Below, one piece after another: positions 39,425 to 51,056 of a stretch of 64,000 bases of DNA. This DNA comes from an uncultured Gammaproteobacteria bacterium. Its GTDB lineage: Bacteria; Pseudomonadota; Gammaproteobacteria; UBA9214. The stretch's first letter is position 1. Every line of letters starts with the position of its first letter. The position numbers and the translations under genes were made by a program. The DNA lies in the NCBI GenBank assembly GCA_963773065.1, contig CAVYZN010000027.1, positions 1 through 64,000 on the forward strand, read 5' to 3'. The notes below the pieces were generated by a model that made no database searches, had not been told where the DNA came from, and saw nothing but the letters and a program-made list of their open reading frames with translations.

Positions 39425-39580
39425 GGGTGGTGCCTATATCAATCAAACGCTTGGCGTCTTCGCAAGGCCGAATCCGCGAAGTTGGGCTAGCCATACGAGG
39501 TGGGATTGTAAGTACCATGTGGTATTCATCCCGAAGCGGAGGAAGAAACGGATCTTTGGCGCTGTTCGCAAGCACCTGGG

Positions 39581-39670
39581 TGCTGCGTCGACCTCAACCG
39601 GCTTCGAATCCAGGCATCGAGGTCTCGGAACAGGCATTTGAATTCCTGAATCCCGAAATAGCCCACCCAG
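39581..39670 (-). pseudogene. Group II intron maturase (domain X) fragment
   Basis: GWVGYFGIQEFKCLFRDLDAWIRSRLR matches the GW..YF...LD.WIR.RLR pattern. Confidence 0.7.
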
Positions 39671-40844
39671 CCACCGCGTTGGTAACCCGCAGTTTGCAGT
39701 AGGTCAGAATGTTGTGCAGATGGCGCTTGAGCAGATGCGCCACCTCCCGCACCGGTTCCAACCGTGAATGCGTTGCCCACCAGAACCACTTCACGAAGAA
39801 GCGTTTCGCCCAACCCAGGGAGGTGTAGTCCCACAGTGCGCGCAGGCTCTCCTTGATAGCTCAGGCGCGGCCCACCTTGAGGTTCAGGCGGCGTTAGCCA
39901 GGCGAACCTGGCCCGGTGCCTCTCGGGCAAATTCTCGCGTGCATAGCGCCACACATGCAGGGTGCCCTTGAGGGTGTCGTCTTTGCGGGCCAGCAACTCT
40001 TTGTGCTCCTGCTTGCGCACCGTATCCACCGCCGCGTTCATGTGCTGCATGATGTGAAAGCGGTCGAACACGATCTTGTCCTGCGCGCCCGGCACCTGCG
40101 AAAGCGTCGCCCCGATATAGGCCGGCCACATGTCCATGCTCACCGATTCAATACCCTCCAATTGCGCTTCGGTCAGCCCCTTCCAGTAGCCCTCCAGGCT
40201 TTCCGTGGTGCGGTCCTCCGCCCCATACTCCACGCTCGCCCCATCCAGATCGCAGACCACTGTCATGTAGTCGTGGCCCTTGCGAAATGCCTTCTCGTCC
40301 ACCCCCAAGCGCGGGATCACCTTCGCCTGCTTGCGGCGCTGGCCCCGTGCCACCGCACGCTCCATCACGCCCCAGGCTTCATCCCAGGACAAACCCAGCA
40401 GCCGGCACGCCCCGCTCACCGTGGAGCATTGGGTCAATACATCGATCACCAGCCGCTCCATCAGCAGCGTGAACCGCGAACGGACCTCCGCCCACGGCAC
40501 CCGCACCTGCACAACACCGTGTTCCGGGCAATCCACCCGCGGTATTCGTGCATGCAGATGCGTCTGGAACTGGCAGGTGTCCAGATGCCTCCAGACCCGC
40601 TCCTCGGCATGGTCCCGGCAAGACAGCTCGCGCTCACACTGCGGGCAGCTCCACACCGTTCCAGACTCATGCTCCACCCAGATATCCACCCGATGACCCG
40701 CGACATCCAGATCAACTCGCTCCACAGTCCACGGCTTCTCCAACCCCAATACCTGCCGGTACAGATCGATGTCTCGCATGAAGGCTTCCTCCTTGAGAAC
40801 CCTTCATACATAATCTATCTACCCACGGCAATTCCGGAAGGACC
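39670..40844 (-). mobile_element. ISL3-family element, 3'-truncated (transposase starts at 40779)
   Basis: LGLEKPWTV, CPQC, WRHLD, CPEHG, GVDEK, SMDMW, FDRFH; breaks off at VTNAVA; left end GGTCCTTCCGGAATTGCCGTGGGTAG. Confidence 0.9.
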
Positions 40845-40851
40845 ATATTTA

Positions 40852-42536
40852 GTGTCCGTCCATAAACGTTAACGCGATGAAAAGGAATAAGAAAAGCGGC
40901 GTGTTTAGTGATAAAGTTCTGGTGATTTTTGCCATCCATTTTTTCAAGCGACTGAAAACAAAGGAAACACAAAAACCACCGGAGGTGACAATGCGTAAAA
41001 CGCGCACTGACCAAGTGAGTCTATTCGATCGGTTTTCAAATCACGACATTGGCAAGGGACTGAAAGCCATGTCGGAGCGACTCGACCGGCATCGCGAGCT
41101 GCTGGAGTGGGTGGCGCTGGATTTACATCGCAACGATGTCTATGACACGGGCCGCCAGGGTTTGCCGGCGGAGTCGGTACTGCGGTGTGCGCTGCTCAAG
41201 CAATACCGGCAACTGAGTTATCAGGAACTGGCGTTTCATGTGTCGGACTCGGCCTCCTTTCAGGCGTTTGCGCGCCTGCCGGGGAGCCTGTTTCCCAAGA
41301 AATCGGTGTTGCAACAGACGATCAGCCGCATTCAGCCCGCGACCTGGGAGCGGATCAATCACGGGTTGCTGCGGGAGGCCCAGCACGAGAAGGTCGAGTC
41401 GGGTAACAAAGTGCGCATTGACAGTACCGTCACCGAAACGGACATCCATGCACCCAGCGACAGCACGCTGTTATGGGACAGTGTGCGGATCATGGTGCGC
41501 CTGCTGGAGGCGGCCCAGTCGCTGCCGGGTACGCCAGGGATTGAATTTCGCAACCCTCGCCGGCGCGCGAAGCAGCGGGCACGCGCCATCCTCTATACAC
41601 GGGGTAAGGACAAGAAGGACGCGCTGTATCGGGACTTGATCAAGGTCACGACGCACACCTTGGGGTATCTTGAGCAGGCCAGGATGATCTTAACCGTCAC
41701 CGGGAGCGCGACGCTGCAAGGGGAAGCCTGGCAGGCCGAGGTGGCGCATTATCTGCCCTTGATCAAGCGGGTGATTGATCAGGCGGAGCGCCGGGTATTC
41801 CAGGGTGAGCGCGTGCCGGCCGGTGAGAAGCTCTTCAGTCTGTTTGAGCCCCACACCGATATCATTATCAAGGGCAGTCGGGACATCCAGTACGGACACA
41901 AGCTCAATCTCAGTTCGGGAAAAATCGGGCTGATTCTTGATGTGGTCGTTGAAGAGGGCAACCCCGCCGACAGCGAGCGGTTACTGCCCCTGCTGGAGCG
42001 CCATAGCAACCAGTATGGCCGCGCGCCGAAACAACTGGCCGTGGATGGCGGTTATGCCAGCAAGGATAATCTTGAGAAGGCCAAGGGATGCGGCGTCGAG
42101 GATGTGGCGTTCCATAAGAAGCGCGGCTTGCCAATTGAAGCGATGGTGAGGAGTACCTGGGTGTATCGGCAGTTACGTAACTTTCGCGCCGGCATCGAGG
42201 CGGGCATCTCGTGTCTGAAGCGCGCGTATGGGCTCTCGCGCTGCACCTGGAAGGGACTGGTGCATTTCAAGTCATTCGTGTCTGGTCTTCGGTGGTAGCG
42301 CATAATCTGGCGCTGCTGGCGCGTTTAAAACCGGCCTGAAGCCGCGCCAAGGTTGGGTTAGTGTGATGAGTCAGCTGCTCAGGGTTGCTGCTGTGTGCCG
42401 TAGGCAGATCAGCGGCCGTCTTGGTAAAAAAAGCGCATTTTTAACCCGACCGGCACGATCGGATCAGGCCGCGTTGGCTCAATCGTGAAATTGCGTTGCG
42501 CGCTGGGTTGAAATTCGTCCGTTTATGGACGGACAC
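40852..42536 (+). mobile_element. ISNCY-type (IS5-like DDE) element; transposase 40991-42339 with a terminal frameshift
   Basis: 17-bp IRs GTGTCCGTCCATAAACG / CGTTTATGGACGGACAC; TATTTA duplication; RIDSTV, DGGYAS, FRAGIEAGIS.LKR. Confidence 0.9.
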
Positions 42537-42544
42537 TATTTATT

Positions 42545-44575
42545 ATGAATAAAAATACTGAATTAGAACAGACAATATTAAGGATTATTGTCCTTTGCTT
42601 AATTTTATTATATTTCTTGTCATTAGCATATTACGAGGTTCTACCTGTTAAAATAATCGATTTAATTATAGTTGGAACATTTGTGTATTTATTCATATCA
42701 TTTTTTATGTTCTTTATAGTAATTCTCGAAATTGGTTATGTACCAATACGTAGACTTACTTGTATTGTTTTAGATATAACAATGACAACAATAGATATGT
42801 GTTATTTATCTAAGTATGGTGCACCAATGTTCGTGGCATATTTATGGGTTACGGTAGGAAATGGTTTTCGTTTTGGGATGATATATCTAGCGATATGTAC
42901 GCTTCTTTCAATTGCAGGATTCTCGTTGGTATCGAAATTAAATCCATATTGGGCAGAATTGCCTGCAATGAAATGGATGGGTCTACTTCTTCTTGCTTTG
43001 GTGCCAACTTATTTTGCTATTCTACTGAGAAGGCTGCAAATTGAAAAAACTAAAGCAGAATCTGCAAGTAATGAGAAATCAAGGTTTCTTGCAAATATAA
43101 GCCATGAATTACGCACCCCCCTTAATGCAATAGTGGGTTTTAGTGGATTGGTGGACAAGGTAGATGACGAATATGAAAAAAACAGATTAATAAAAAGAAT
43201 ACAGGATGCATCTTCAAGTCTGCATGCCTTGGTTGAGGATGTACTGGATTTTTCGCGTATAGAATCAGGGCATGTGGAATTGATTGACGAGGATGTGAAT
43301 CTATACAGCCTAGTTTTGGCGATTCAGGGAATGTTCGAATCACAGATACAGCAAAAGAACATCAGGTTTATTTCTGATGTCTCACCGGTTGTATCACCCT
43401 TGATAAGGGGTGATACACAACGCTTGAGGCAGATATTCGTCAATCTGGTTGGGAATGCCGTCAAATTTACACAGGCGGGCGAGGTTATGCTGCGGCTTAG
43501 TAACATTGACATAAATTCCCATGCAACTTTACAGGTCGAGGTGATTGATACCGGGGAAGGGATACCTGCTGATGTTCAGCCATACATATTTGAGCGGTTT
43601 AAGCAGGCGGATAACTCTGTCAGGCGCCGGCATGGTGGGGCAGGACTAGGCACTTCAATTGCCAAGCATCTTGTAGAATTGATGGGTGGTGAGATCGGTT
43701 TTGAAAGTGAATTCGGCCGAGGAACCAGATTCTGGTTCCGTGTACCCATTACATCCCCATCTCAGAGACGAAATTTGTTGCTTAATTTTCCGGCAAACAC
43801 GAATATCGTATTCGTTACAAATGATACAATGATCTGCGAACAATTAACCGGATCACTTGGCGAGTTATCCATACCCAACGCTGCGATTACCTCACTCACT
43901 GCGGATGAGGTGGAAAACCAGAACATAGAGACAACTGTACCTTATTGCATCATTGCAGATTGTGCATCTTTAACCGACGGCATAGTCATGCAGATACCCT
44001 CGGTACTCTGGCAGAAGAATTCCTGTTACATTGCGTTGGGTAACGGGTCATATGAAAGAGACTGGTTGCTGAGGGTTGGTTATGAACAGGTTGCGTATTC
44101 GCCATCTGAGTTGAATAATTCCCTATTCTTTGCTGCCAGCAAACTGGGTACCTGCAAGGTTACGGAATCACACAATGCTTTGTATTCATCGACAGATAGC
44201 GATCATGTCAAGCGTGTTCTCATTGCAGAGGACAGTGAGATGAATAGGCAAGTATTCAGGGGCATCCTTGAATACATGGGGCTAGACGTCGATTTTGCCA
44301 ATACCGGTATCGAGGCACTAAAACGTCTAAAAGAGGAGATTTATGACCTCCTTATAGTCGATATACAGATGCCAGAGATGTCTGGGTTCGAGGTTATTAG
44401 TCGTTACAAGTCTCTCTACGGTGGTAAATCAAGAATACCAATCGTTGTCGTTACCGGTGATGTAACAAAGGAGGTACAGGATGAATGTGAAGAACTCGGA
44501 ATTGACCGCTTCATTTCCAAACCTGTTGAATCAGAAAGGCTGCGAGGCATCATAGCCGAGATGCTGACCACATAA
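42545..44575 (+). CDS. Hybrid sensor kinase with RpfC-like membrane domain and C-terminal receiver
   Basis: About 5 TM helices with [13 protein letters not shown]; [34 protein letters not shown]; AEDS..DIQMP. Confidence 0.9.
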   Translation: MNKNTELEQTILRIIVLCLILLYFLSLAYYEVLPVKIIDLIIVGTFVYLFISFFMFFIVILEIGYVPIRRLTCIVLDITMTTIDMCYLSKYGAPMFVAYLWVTVGNGFRFGMIYLAICTLLSIAGFSLVSKLNPYWAELPAMKWMGLLLLALVPTYFAILLRRLQIEKTKAESASNEKSRFLANISHELRTPLNAIVGFSGLVDKVDDEYEKNRLIKRIQDASSSLHALVEDVLDFSRIESGHVELIDEDVNLYSLVLAIQGMFESQIQQKNIRFISDVSPVVSPLIRGDTQRLRQIFVNLVGNAVKFTQAGEVMLRLSNIDINSHATLQVEVIDTGEGIPADVQPYIFERFKQADNSVRRRHGGAGLGTSIAKHLVELMGGEIGFESEFGRGTRFWFRVPITSPSQRRNLLLNFPANTNIVFVTNDTMICEQLTGSLGELSIPNAAITSLTADEVENQNIETTVPYCIIADCASLTDGIVMQIPSVLWQKNSCYIALGNGSYERDWLLRVGYEQVAYSPSELNNSLFFAASKLGTCKVTESHNALYSSTDSDHVKRVLIAEDSEMNRQVFRGILEYMGLDVDFANTGIEALKRLKEEIYDLLIVDIQMPEMSGFEVISRYKSLYGGKSRIPIVVVTGDVTKEVQDECEELGIDRFISKPVESERLRGIIAEMLTT

Positions 44576-44678
44576 CAGTCACTACGCTTATAATTCGGAC
44601 CACAGTTGATGTAAATAGCATAATCGTCGACTCCAGTGGTAATATCCACCGACTTTCCCAAAGGTTAAACCAGCAGTG

Positions 44679-46088
44679 ATGTCTGTCAGAACTCGCTTCG
44701 CTCCGAGTCCGACCGGGTACTTGCATGTGGGTGGTGCCCGCACCGCCCTGTTCTCATGGCTACATGCGCGCAAACACGGTGGCAAGTTCATACTGCGTAT
44801 CGAAGACACAGATCTGGAACGTTCCACAGCGGAATCCATCAACGCTATTCTCGAAGGCATGACATGGCTCGGGCTGGAATACGACGAAGGACCGTTCTAT
44901 CAGACGCACCGCTTCGACCGCTACAACGAGGTTATCCAGGAATTGTTGGACAAGAATCTTGCCTACCGTTGCAATTGTTCGAAGGAGCGTCTTGATTCCT
45001 TGCGCGAGGCGCAGATGCAGCATAAGGAAAAACCGCGCTATGACGGTCATTGCAGGGACAAAAATGTCAGCCCTGATAGGCAGCACGTGGTGCGGTTTCG
45101 TAATCCGCTTCATGGCGCCGTGGTTGTGGATGACATGATACGTGGCAAGGTCTTATTTCAGAATGAAGAACTCGACGACCTGGTACTCCGTCGTACTGAT
45201 GGGACGCCTACCTACAATCTCTCGGTGGTGGTAGATGATTCGGATATGGGGATTACTGACGTTATCCGCGGGGATGACCATTTAAACAATACGCCAAGAC
45301 AAATGAATATACTTCGCGCCCTGGGCAAGGAGCCGCCTCAATATGCCCATGTACCCATGATTCTCGGTGATGATGGATCGCGACTTTCCAAGCGACATGG
45401 CGCGGTCAGTGTTATGGAATATCGCAAGCAGGGAGTACTACCCGAAGCATTGCTGAACTACCTGGTGCGCCTGGGATGGTCGCATGGCGACCAGGAGGTA
45501 TTCACCTTGGACGAGATGATCGAGTTGTTCGACATATACAAGGTGAACAGGGCCGCCTCGGCGTTCGATCCCGAAAAGCTGCTGTGGCTTAATCAGCATT
45601 ACATCAAGAACGACGATCCAGCACGGATTGCACGTCTGCTGAGTCCTCACATGGGCGATATCGGGATAGACCCCGCATCGTATCCACCGCTGATTGACGT
45701 GGTGTGTGCCCAGCAGGAGCGGGCTAGGACGCTTGTTGAAATGGCGGAGATCAGCGCTTTCTTTTACCGGGATTTCGATGCGTACGATGAGAACGCCGCC
45801 AGGAAGCATCTCAGGTCAGCCGCGCGTGCTCCGCTGGAAAAGATGCATGATGCGCTTGCTGCGCTGGACGAATGGAAGGTGGAGCGTCTGCACAAGGTCG
45901 TAGTGGAGGTTGCCGGTAATCTGGACCTTAATCTCAGCAAGGTGGCTCAGCCTCTGCGCGTGGCTGTGGTCGGCAGGGCGGCATCCCCCGGTATTGATTT
46001 AACGTTGTATCTCGTGGGTCGTGAGGCATGCCTGCGTCGCATCAACAGGGCGCTGAATTACATCGTGCAACGCACGGCTGAGAATTGA
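44679..46088 (+). CDS. gltX: Glutamyl-tRNA synthetase
   Basis: RTRFAPSPTGYLHVGG, LRIEDTD, IRGDDH, LSKRHG. Confidence 0.98.
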   Translation: MSVRTRFAPSPTGYLHVGGARTALFSWLHARKHGGKFILRIEDTDLERSTAESINAILEGMTWLGLEYDEGPFYQTHRFDRYNEVIQELLDKNLAYRCNCSKERLDSLREAQMQHKEKPRYDGHCRDKNVSPDRQHVVRFRNPLHGAVVVDDMIRGKVLFQNEELDDLVLRRTDGTPTYNLSVVVDDSDMGITDVIRGDDHLNNTPRQMNILRALGKEPPQYAHVPMILGDDGSRLSKRHGAVSVMEYRKQGVLPEALLNYLVRLGWSHGDQEVFTLDEMIELFDIYKVNRAASAFDPEKLLWLNQHYIKNDDPARIARLLSPHMGDIGIDPASYPPLIDVVCAQQERARTLVEMAEISAFFYRDFDAYDENAARKHLRSAARAPLEKMHDALAALDEWKVERLHKVVVEVAGNLDLNLSKVAQPLRVAVVGRAASPGIDLTLYLVGREACLRRINRALNYIVQRTAEN

Positions 46089-46111
46089 GCGAGCAGTTGA
46101 TACAGGATCTA

Positions 46112-47272
46112 GTGTAGTGCTTCATTCTGTTTGGAACTTAAACGGCGATTGGCGCGAACGACTTTCTGCAGGATGTCGTTGGCCTTTGCCGTCCAGATGA
46201 AGGGTTTTGGGTTTTCATTGTGCGCGGCGACGTATTCATGAATGGCGGCGGTGAGTTCCGGGACGCTGGTAAAGACGCCGCGGCGCAGGCGCTCGGTGGT
46301 GATGTCACGGAAGAAGCGTTCAACCATGTTCAACCAGGAGGCCGAAGTCGGTGTGAAGTGGATGTGGAAGCGCGAATGTTTATCGAGCCATTCCACGACC
46401 TTGGGGTGCTTATGGGTGGCGTAGTTGTCACACACCAAGTGCAGTTCCTTTCCCTTGTGCGTTTCCCGGTCGATTTTCTTCAGGAAGTCGAGCCATTCGA
46501 GATGACGGTGGTGTTGCTGGCAACTGGCGATCACCTGGCCATCCAGGATGTTGAGGGCGGCGAACAGCGTGGTCGTGCCATGGCGTTTGTAGTCATGCGT
46601 CATGGTGGCCGCCCGGCCCTTCTTCAGGGGCAGCCCCGGCTGGGTTCGGTCCAGCGCCTGGACCTGGCTTTTCTCATCGCAACACAGCACCAGGGCGTGT
46701 TCCGGTGGCGAGAGATAAAGCCCGACGATGTCTTCCAGTTTCTCGATGAACCTCGGATCGCGAGAAACCTTGAAGGTCTCGACGCGATGCGGTTTCAGGC
46801 CATGCGCCTGCCACACCCGCAATACCGTGGTGTCACTCACCCCGACTTCCCTGGCCAGCGTGCGCGTGCTCCAGTGGGTCGCCGCCTTGGGCGTGGTCTG
46901 GGTGGTCAAGCGGACAATCTCGGCCGCATCCACCGTGGGTTTGCGCCCACCACGGGGCAGATCCTGTTCGATGGCCGCCAACCCGCCTTCGACATAGCGT
47001 TCCCGCCAACGCCCCACCTGCACCCGGCCAATGCCCAGCTCAGTGGCAATCGTCGTGTTGTCCTTGCCGGCCGCCGCCAGCAAGATCATTCGCGCACGCC
47101 GCGCCATGCGTACACTCGCCGTATTCGAGCGCGCGAGTCGCCTCAGTGTCTTTTCTTCTTCACTGCTCAGCATGATTTTCGGGGCTATGCGCATCAGGAG
47201 GCTCCTGCCTGTCATTTGGTGGTGAGACAACAGAGCCCACTTTTTAGTTCCATTAATTACGAAGCAGTACAC
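46112..47272 (-). mobile_element. IS630-family element (transposase 46109-47194)
   Basis: Ends GTGTAGTGCTTC / GAAGCAGTACAC with TA duplication in CTAG; CDEKSQ, THDYKRHG, DNYATH, SWLNMVERFF. Confidence 0.95.
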
Positions 47273-47278
47273 TAGTAT

Positions 47279-48973
47279 ATGAGCGATGATGAACTCATAG
47301 TCCCGAACAACTTTATTCGCAAAATTGTCGAGGATGACCTAAAAGCCTGCAGGATTAAGGGCCGTGTCGCTACTCGCTTTCCCCCGGAGCCTAACGGATA
47401 TCTGCACATTGGCCATGCAAAATCAATCTGCCTGAATTTTGGTATCGCAGCTGACTACGGGGGAACCTGCAATCTCCGATTCGATGATACCAATCCACAT
47501 AAGGAGAACATCGAGTACGTGCAGGCGATCCAGGAGGACGTTCGCTGGCTGGGCTATGACTGGGATGACCGCCTGTTTTATGCCTCTGACTATTTCGAGC
47601 AACTTTACGGCTATGCGGTTGAATTGATAAGCAAAGGCAAGGCTTATGTTTGTGACCTGACAGCCGAGCAGATTCGTGAATACCGTGGCACCCTGACCGA
47701 GCCCGGCAAAGACAGCCCCTATCGTGACCGCTCTGTTGAAGAGAACCTGGACCTGTTCGAGCGCATGCGCAACGGTGAATTCGCAGATGGATCACGGGTT
47801 TTGCGAGCTCTGATCGACATGGCCTCACCGAACATCAATATGCGTGACCCGACGCTGTATCGTATTCGCCATGGCGTCATCCATCACCAGACTGGAGAGG
47901 AGTGGTGCATCTATCCGATGTACGACTATACACATCCCATTTCCGACGCCATCGAGGGCATTACACATTCCATCTGCACGCTCGAATTTGAGGATCATCG
48001 CCCCCTTTATGATTGGGTGCTGGACAATATTTCAGTATCCTGTCACCCGCAACAAATCGAGTTCTCACGACTCAACCTGCAGTATACGGTGATGAGCAAA
48101 CGCAAATTAACCGAACTTGTCAGCGAGGGTTACGTCGAGGGGTGGGATGACCCCCGTATGCCCACCATTGCCGGCATGCGCCGGCGTGGGTACAGTCCGG
48201 CATCAATCCGGGATTTTTGTGAACGTATCGGTGTCACCAAAGCGGAAAACATCGTTGAAATGGGGATGCTGGAATACAGCGTTAGGGAAGATCTGAATGC
48301 ACATGCGCCACGGCGTATGGCTGTGCTGCATCCCTTGAAGGTTATAATCACGAATTACCCGGAAGATCGGGTGGAGGAACTGCAGGCGGCGAATCATCCC
48401 CAGGACGAGTCAATCGGTATTAGAAGTCTCCCATTTACCCGCGAGGTTTATATCGATCGCGATGATTTCCGAGAAGAGGCATCCGGTAAATTCAAACGCC
48501 TGGTTTCCGGGGGTGAAGTTCGTCTGCGAAATGCCTATGTCATCCGTTGTGAGGAGGTTATTAAGGATGACCATGACGAGATCATCGAGCTGCATTGCAC
48601 CTATGATCCCACGACTCTGGGAGTAAATCCTGAAGGGCGCAAGGTCAAGGGGGTCATTCACTGGGTTTCCGCCTCCTATGGCCTGCCGGCGGAGATACGT
48701 CTGTATGACCGGTTGTTCGTTCATCCCACCCCGGATGCAGCCAAGGACGGCAAGAACTACAAGGAGTATATTAATCCTGACTCCCTGCACACCCTGACTC
48801 AATGCATCGTCGAACCCAACCTGGCAGAAGCCAGGCCGGGAGAGATCTTTCAGTTTGAGCGTGAAGGCTATTTTTGCCTCGACCCAAAGCTAAGCAAAGA
48901 ATCGTATTTAGTATTCAATCGTAGCGTGACATTGCGTGATTCCTGGTCAAGGCTTGAGGGACAACAGGACTGA
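47279..48973 (+). CDS. glnS: Glutaminyl-tRNA synthetase
   Basis: [37 protein letters not shown]. Confidence 0.98.
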   Translation: MSDDELIVPNNFIRKIVEDDLKACRIKGRVATRFPPEPNGYLHIGHAKSICLNFGIAADYGGTCNLRFDDTNPHKENIEYVQAIQEDVRWLGYDWDDRLFYASDYFEQLYGYAVELISKGKAYVCDLTAEQIREYRGTLTEPGKDSPYRDRSVEENLDLFERMRNGEFADGSRVLRALIDMASPNINMRDPTLYRIRHGVIHHQTGEEWCIYPMYDYTHPISDAIEGITHSICTLEFEDHRPLYDWVLDNISVSCHPQQIEFSRLNLQYTVMSKRKLTELVSEGYVEGWDDPRMPTIAGMRRRGYSPASIRDFCERIGVTKAENIVEMGMLEYSVREDLNAHAPRRMAVLHPLKVIITNYPEDRVEELQAANHPQDESIGIRSLPFTREVYIDRDDFREEASGKFKRLVSGGEVRLRNAYVIRCEEVIKDDHDEIIELHCTYDPTTLGVNPEGRKVKGVIHWVSASYGLPAEIRLYDRLFVHPTPDAAKDGKNYKEYINPDSLHTLTQCIVEPNLAEARPGEIFQFEREGYFCLDPKLSKESYLVFNRSVTLRDSWSRLEGQQD

Positions 48974-49172
48974 GTGGCCAATGGCTTGCTGAGAATCAGA
49001 TGTGCCGCAGGGGTGTTATTGGGGGCGCTGTTGAGTGCCATAGCCATTGACGTGGCCACCCCATGTGCCGTGTTAGTATGAAGCACATGGCTACATTTCG
49101 AAGGTAATCGTAGGACGCTGATAAATCGCTGGATTATGCTACACAGTAAGGATTTCGACGATTAAGGTTGTC

Positions 49173-49201
49173 TTGACAGTAAGATACTCTGACGGTAGAG
49201 T
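49173..49201 (+). promoter_or_regulatory. Sigma70 promoter of tRNA operon
   Basis: TTGACA-17bp-TAGAGT followed by GC-rich discriminator. Confidence 0.75.
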
Positions 49202-49217
49202 TCGCGCTTCGTTTTCT

Positions 49218-49293
49218 GGGGCCATAGCTCAGCTGGGAGAGCACTTGCATGGCATGCAAGGGGTCGGCGGTTCGATCCCGCCTGGCTCCACCA
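49218..49293 (+). tRNA. tRNA-Ala(GGC)
   Basis: GGGGCCATAGCTCAGCTGGGAGAGC..CTTGCATGGCATGCAAG..GGTTCGATCC..CTCCACCA. Confidence 0.97.
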
Positions 49294-49336
49294 GATAAGC
49301 GAGGGCTTATAGATCAGCCCTCGCTGATTATTTTAT

Positions 49337-49413
49337 GTCCCCATCGTCTAGTCGGCCTAGGACACCGCCCTTTCACGGCGATAACAGGGGTTCGAATCCC
49401 CTTGGGGACGCCA
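49337..49413 (+). tRNA. tRNA-Glu(TTC)
   Basis: GTCCCCATCGTCTAG..CCGCCCTTTCACGGCG..GGTTCGAATCC..GGGGACGCCA. Confidence 0.97.
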
Positions 49414-49822
49414 ATGATTCATCGGATTAGCCGTGGATTAGCTCAACGGACTTGCAATTCAACTTAGAGCCTGTGGAACTTTCGTTCGTGTGACCAAATA
49501 GTCAGGCAAGCGCAGTTGGCATCACCGCGCTGGGCATAATAGGTTGATCACATCATCTATCTCGCTAATGCCGGTTCATTTGACGAATTCCCGTCCAGTT
49601 CGACATGGGTTCGCATAGCTCTTCATACCCCAGTTAAGGACTGGCGTATAATGCCATGTATTTAGTGACGCAGTAGGGTTAACAGCAGCTCGACATCTCG
49701 TCGCCATATACTGAAAAGCTTAGCCTCTGGTTTATAGCGTGCCGTTATGTCTGGAAATGAGTTAGTCACTGCGTGCAGGAACGCGGCATGATAGTGACGA
49801 TCGGTAGCTAGTCCTCCTTAAG

Positions 49823-50992
49823 TCAATCCTTTCTGAGCTTAGCGCTGACAGCGATCGGTGTTGGGTAACGCAGCATGATGAGATACGATGAGGCGATGAA
49901 TGTTATCAGGGTTGTGGACTGGATAAGGTAGGACGCCCTTGATCCGATTGCCCCGGCATCCCATGCCAGGATGGCGATCATCAATGAAAACTCGCTGAAC
50001 TGACCGAGACGAACACCGACTTCCTTGGCAAGACCTCTCGACTCACCGGATGAAGTCAGCAGTCTGGCAAAGATGACTGGTTTTAATACCAGTATCGCTA
50101 CCGCCAGGAATGCTGCTGGTAATAATATATCAGGCAATATCCGTACATCAAAGCTTGCGCCCAGTGAGAAGAAAAACATGATCAGGAAAAAATCCCGCAA
50201 CGGTTTGAAGCTTTCCGCAATGAATAGAGCGATCGGACTGGTTGCTAGTGATACACCGGCGATGAAGGCACCAATAGCATAGGACAGCCCCAGTGCCTGC
50301 GCCAGTTGTGCCATACCGAGGCACCACCCGATCGAAGTCAGGAATACATACTCCTGTATGGTGTCAAATCGCCGCATGAGGCGCATGAGTACGTAGCGTT
50401 CAAAGAGAAATGCGACCATCACTAACGTCGGTACGGCAACGGTGAAAGTGGTGATCTGTTTCCATCCCATGTCTGCACGCGAGAAGCCCTCCAGTGCCAG
50501 CAGAATAGCGATTGCCAATATATCCTGTAACAGCAAGATACTGATCATGACTTGACCGACATGCCGGTGATGCAGGGCTGTTGTCGGTAGCAGTTTCAGA
50601 CCAATAATGGTGCTGGAGAACATCGTGACGGAACCGATAATGAGGCTCTCGAACAGACTGAATCCGGAGCCCAACCCGATCAATGTGCCGATTGCACCGA
50701 ATACAATAGAACTCGTAACCGTTACCACAACCGCCTGGCGCAGCATGCGTAATAGCTGTGACGGTTGTAAATTGAGTCCAAGCAGGAAAAGCAGGAATAT
50801 AATTCCTATATGTCCGGTTTGCTGGATGAGTGAAGGGTCTTTAATGAGTTTAATACCCGCAGGGCCAATAACTCCGCCCAGCAGAATATAGGCAACGAGC
50901 AGTGACTGGCGGGCGAATAATGCGATGGCGGCGAATATCGCTGCGCCGGTAAAGATCAGGAATAACGAGAATATCAGCGAATCTTCATGCAT
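49823..50992 (-). CDS. CPA2 cation:proton antiporter (Kef-like, no TrkA domain)
   Basis: Polytopic; FSSTIIGLKLL, ILLLQD, PLRDFF, LGQFSEFS. Confidence 0.9.
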   Translation of the reverse strand: MHEDSLIFSLFLIFTGAAIFAAIALFARQSLLVAYILLGGVIGPAGIKLIKDPSLIQQTGHIGIIFLLFLLGLNLQPSQLLRMLRQAVVVTVTSSIVFGAIGTLIGLGSGFSLFESLIIGSVTMFSSTIIGLKLLPTTALHHRHVGQVMISILLLQDILAIAILLALEGFSRADMGWKQITTFTVAVPTLVMVAFLFERYVLMRLMRRFDTIQEYVFLTSIGWCLGMAQLAQALGLSYAIGAFIAGVSLATSPIALFIAESFKPLRDFFLIMFFFSLGASFDVRILPDILLPAAFLAVAILVLKPVIFARLLTSSGESRGLAKEVGVRLGQFSEFSLMIAILAWDAGAIGSRASYLIQSTTLITFIASSYLIMLRYPTPIAVSAKLRKD

Positions 50993-51056
50993 TATGAAGT
51001 GGTCGCATAGTCGATGTCCTGTCAAGGATACTTCCGGAGTTTGCTCGCATACTCCC

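Larger units (their letters stand above)
37439..39486 (+). mobile_element. IS1634-family element
   Basis: 18-bp IRs CCCAACTTCGCGGATTCG / CGAATCCGCGAAGTTGGG; flanks CTTAG and CTAG (near-perfect TSD). Confidence 0.92.
37317..39580 (+). pseudogene. tnpA: IS200/IS605 tnpA left end, split by IS1634 and truncated
   Basis: Hairpin CCCCCGGC-TCT-GCCGGGGG 37324-37342; AGGAGG RBS, MKEYQSL from 37416; resumes after 39487 as SHTRWDCKYHVVFIPKRRKK. Confidence 0.88.

Noticed and set aside
49420-49820. Possible island or att remnant after tRNA-Glu
   Set aside because: No integrase, no repeat of the tRNA 3' end and no convincing ORF seen
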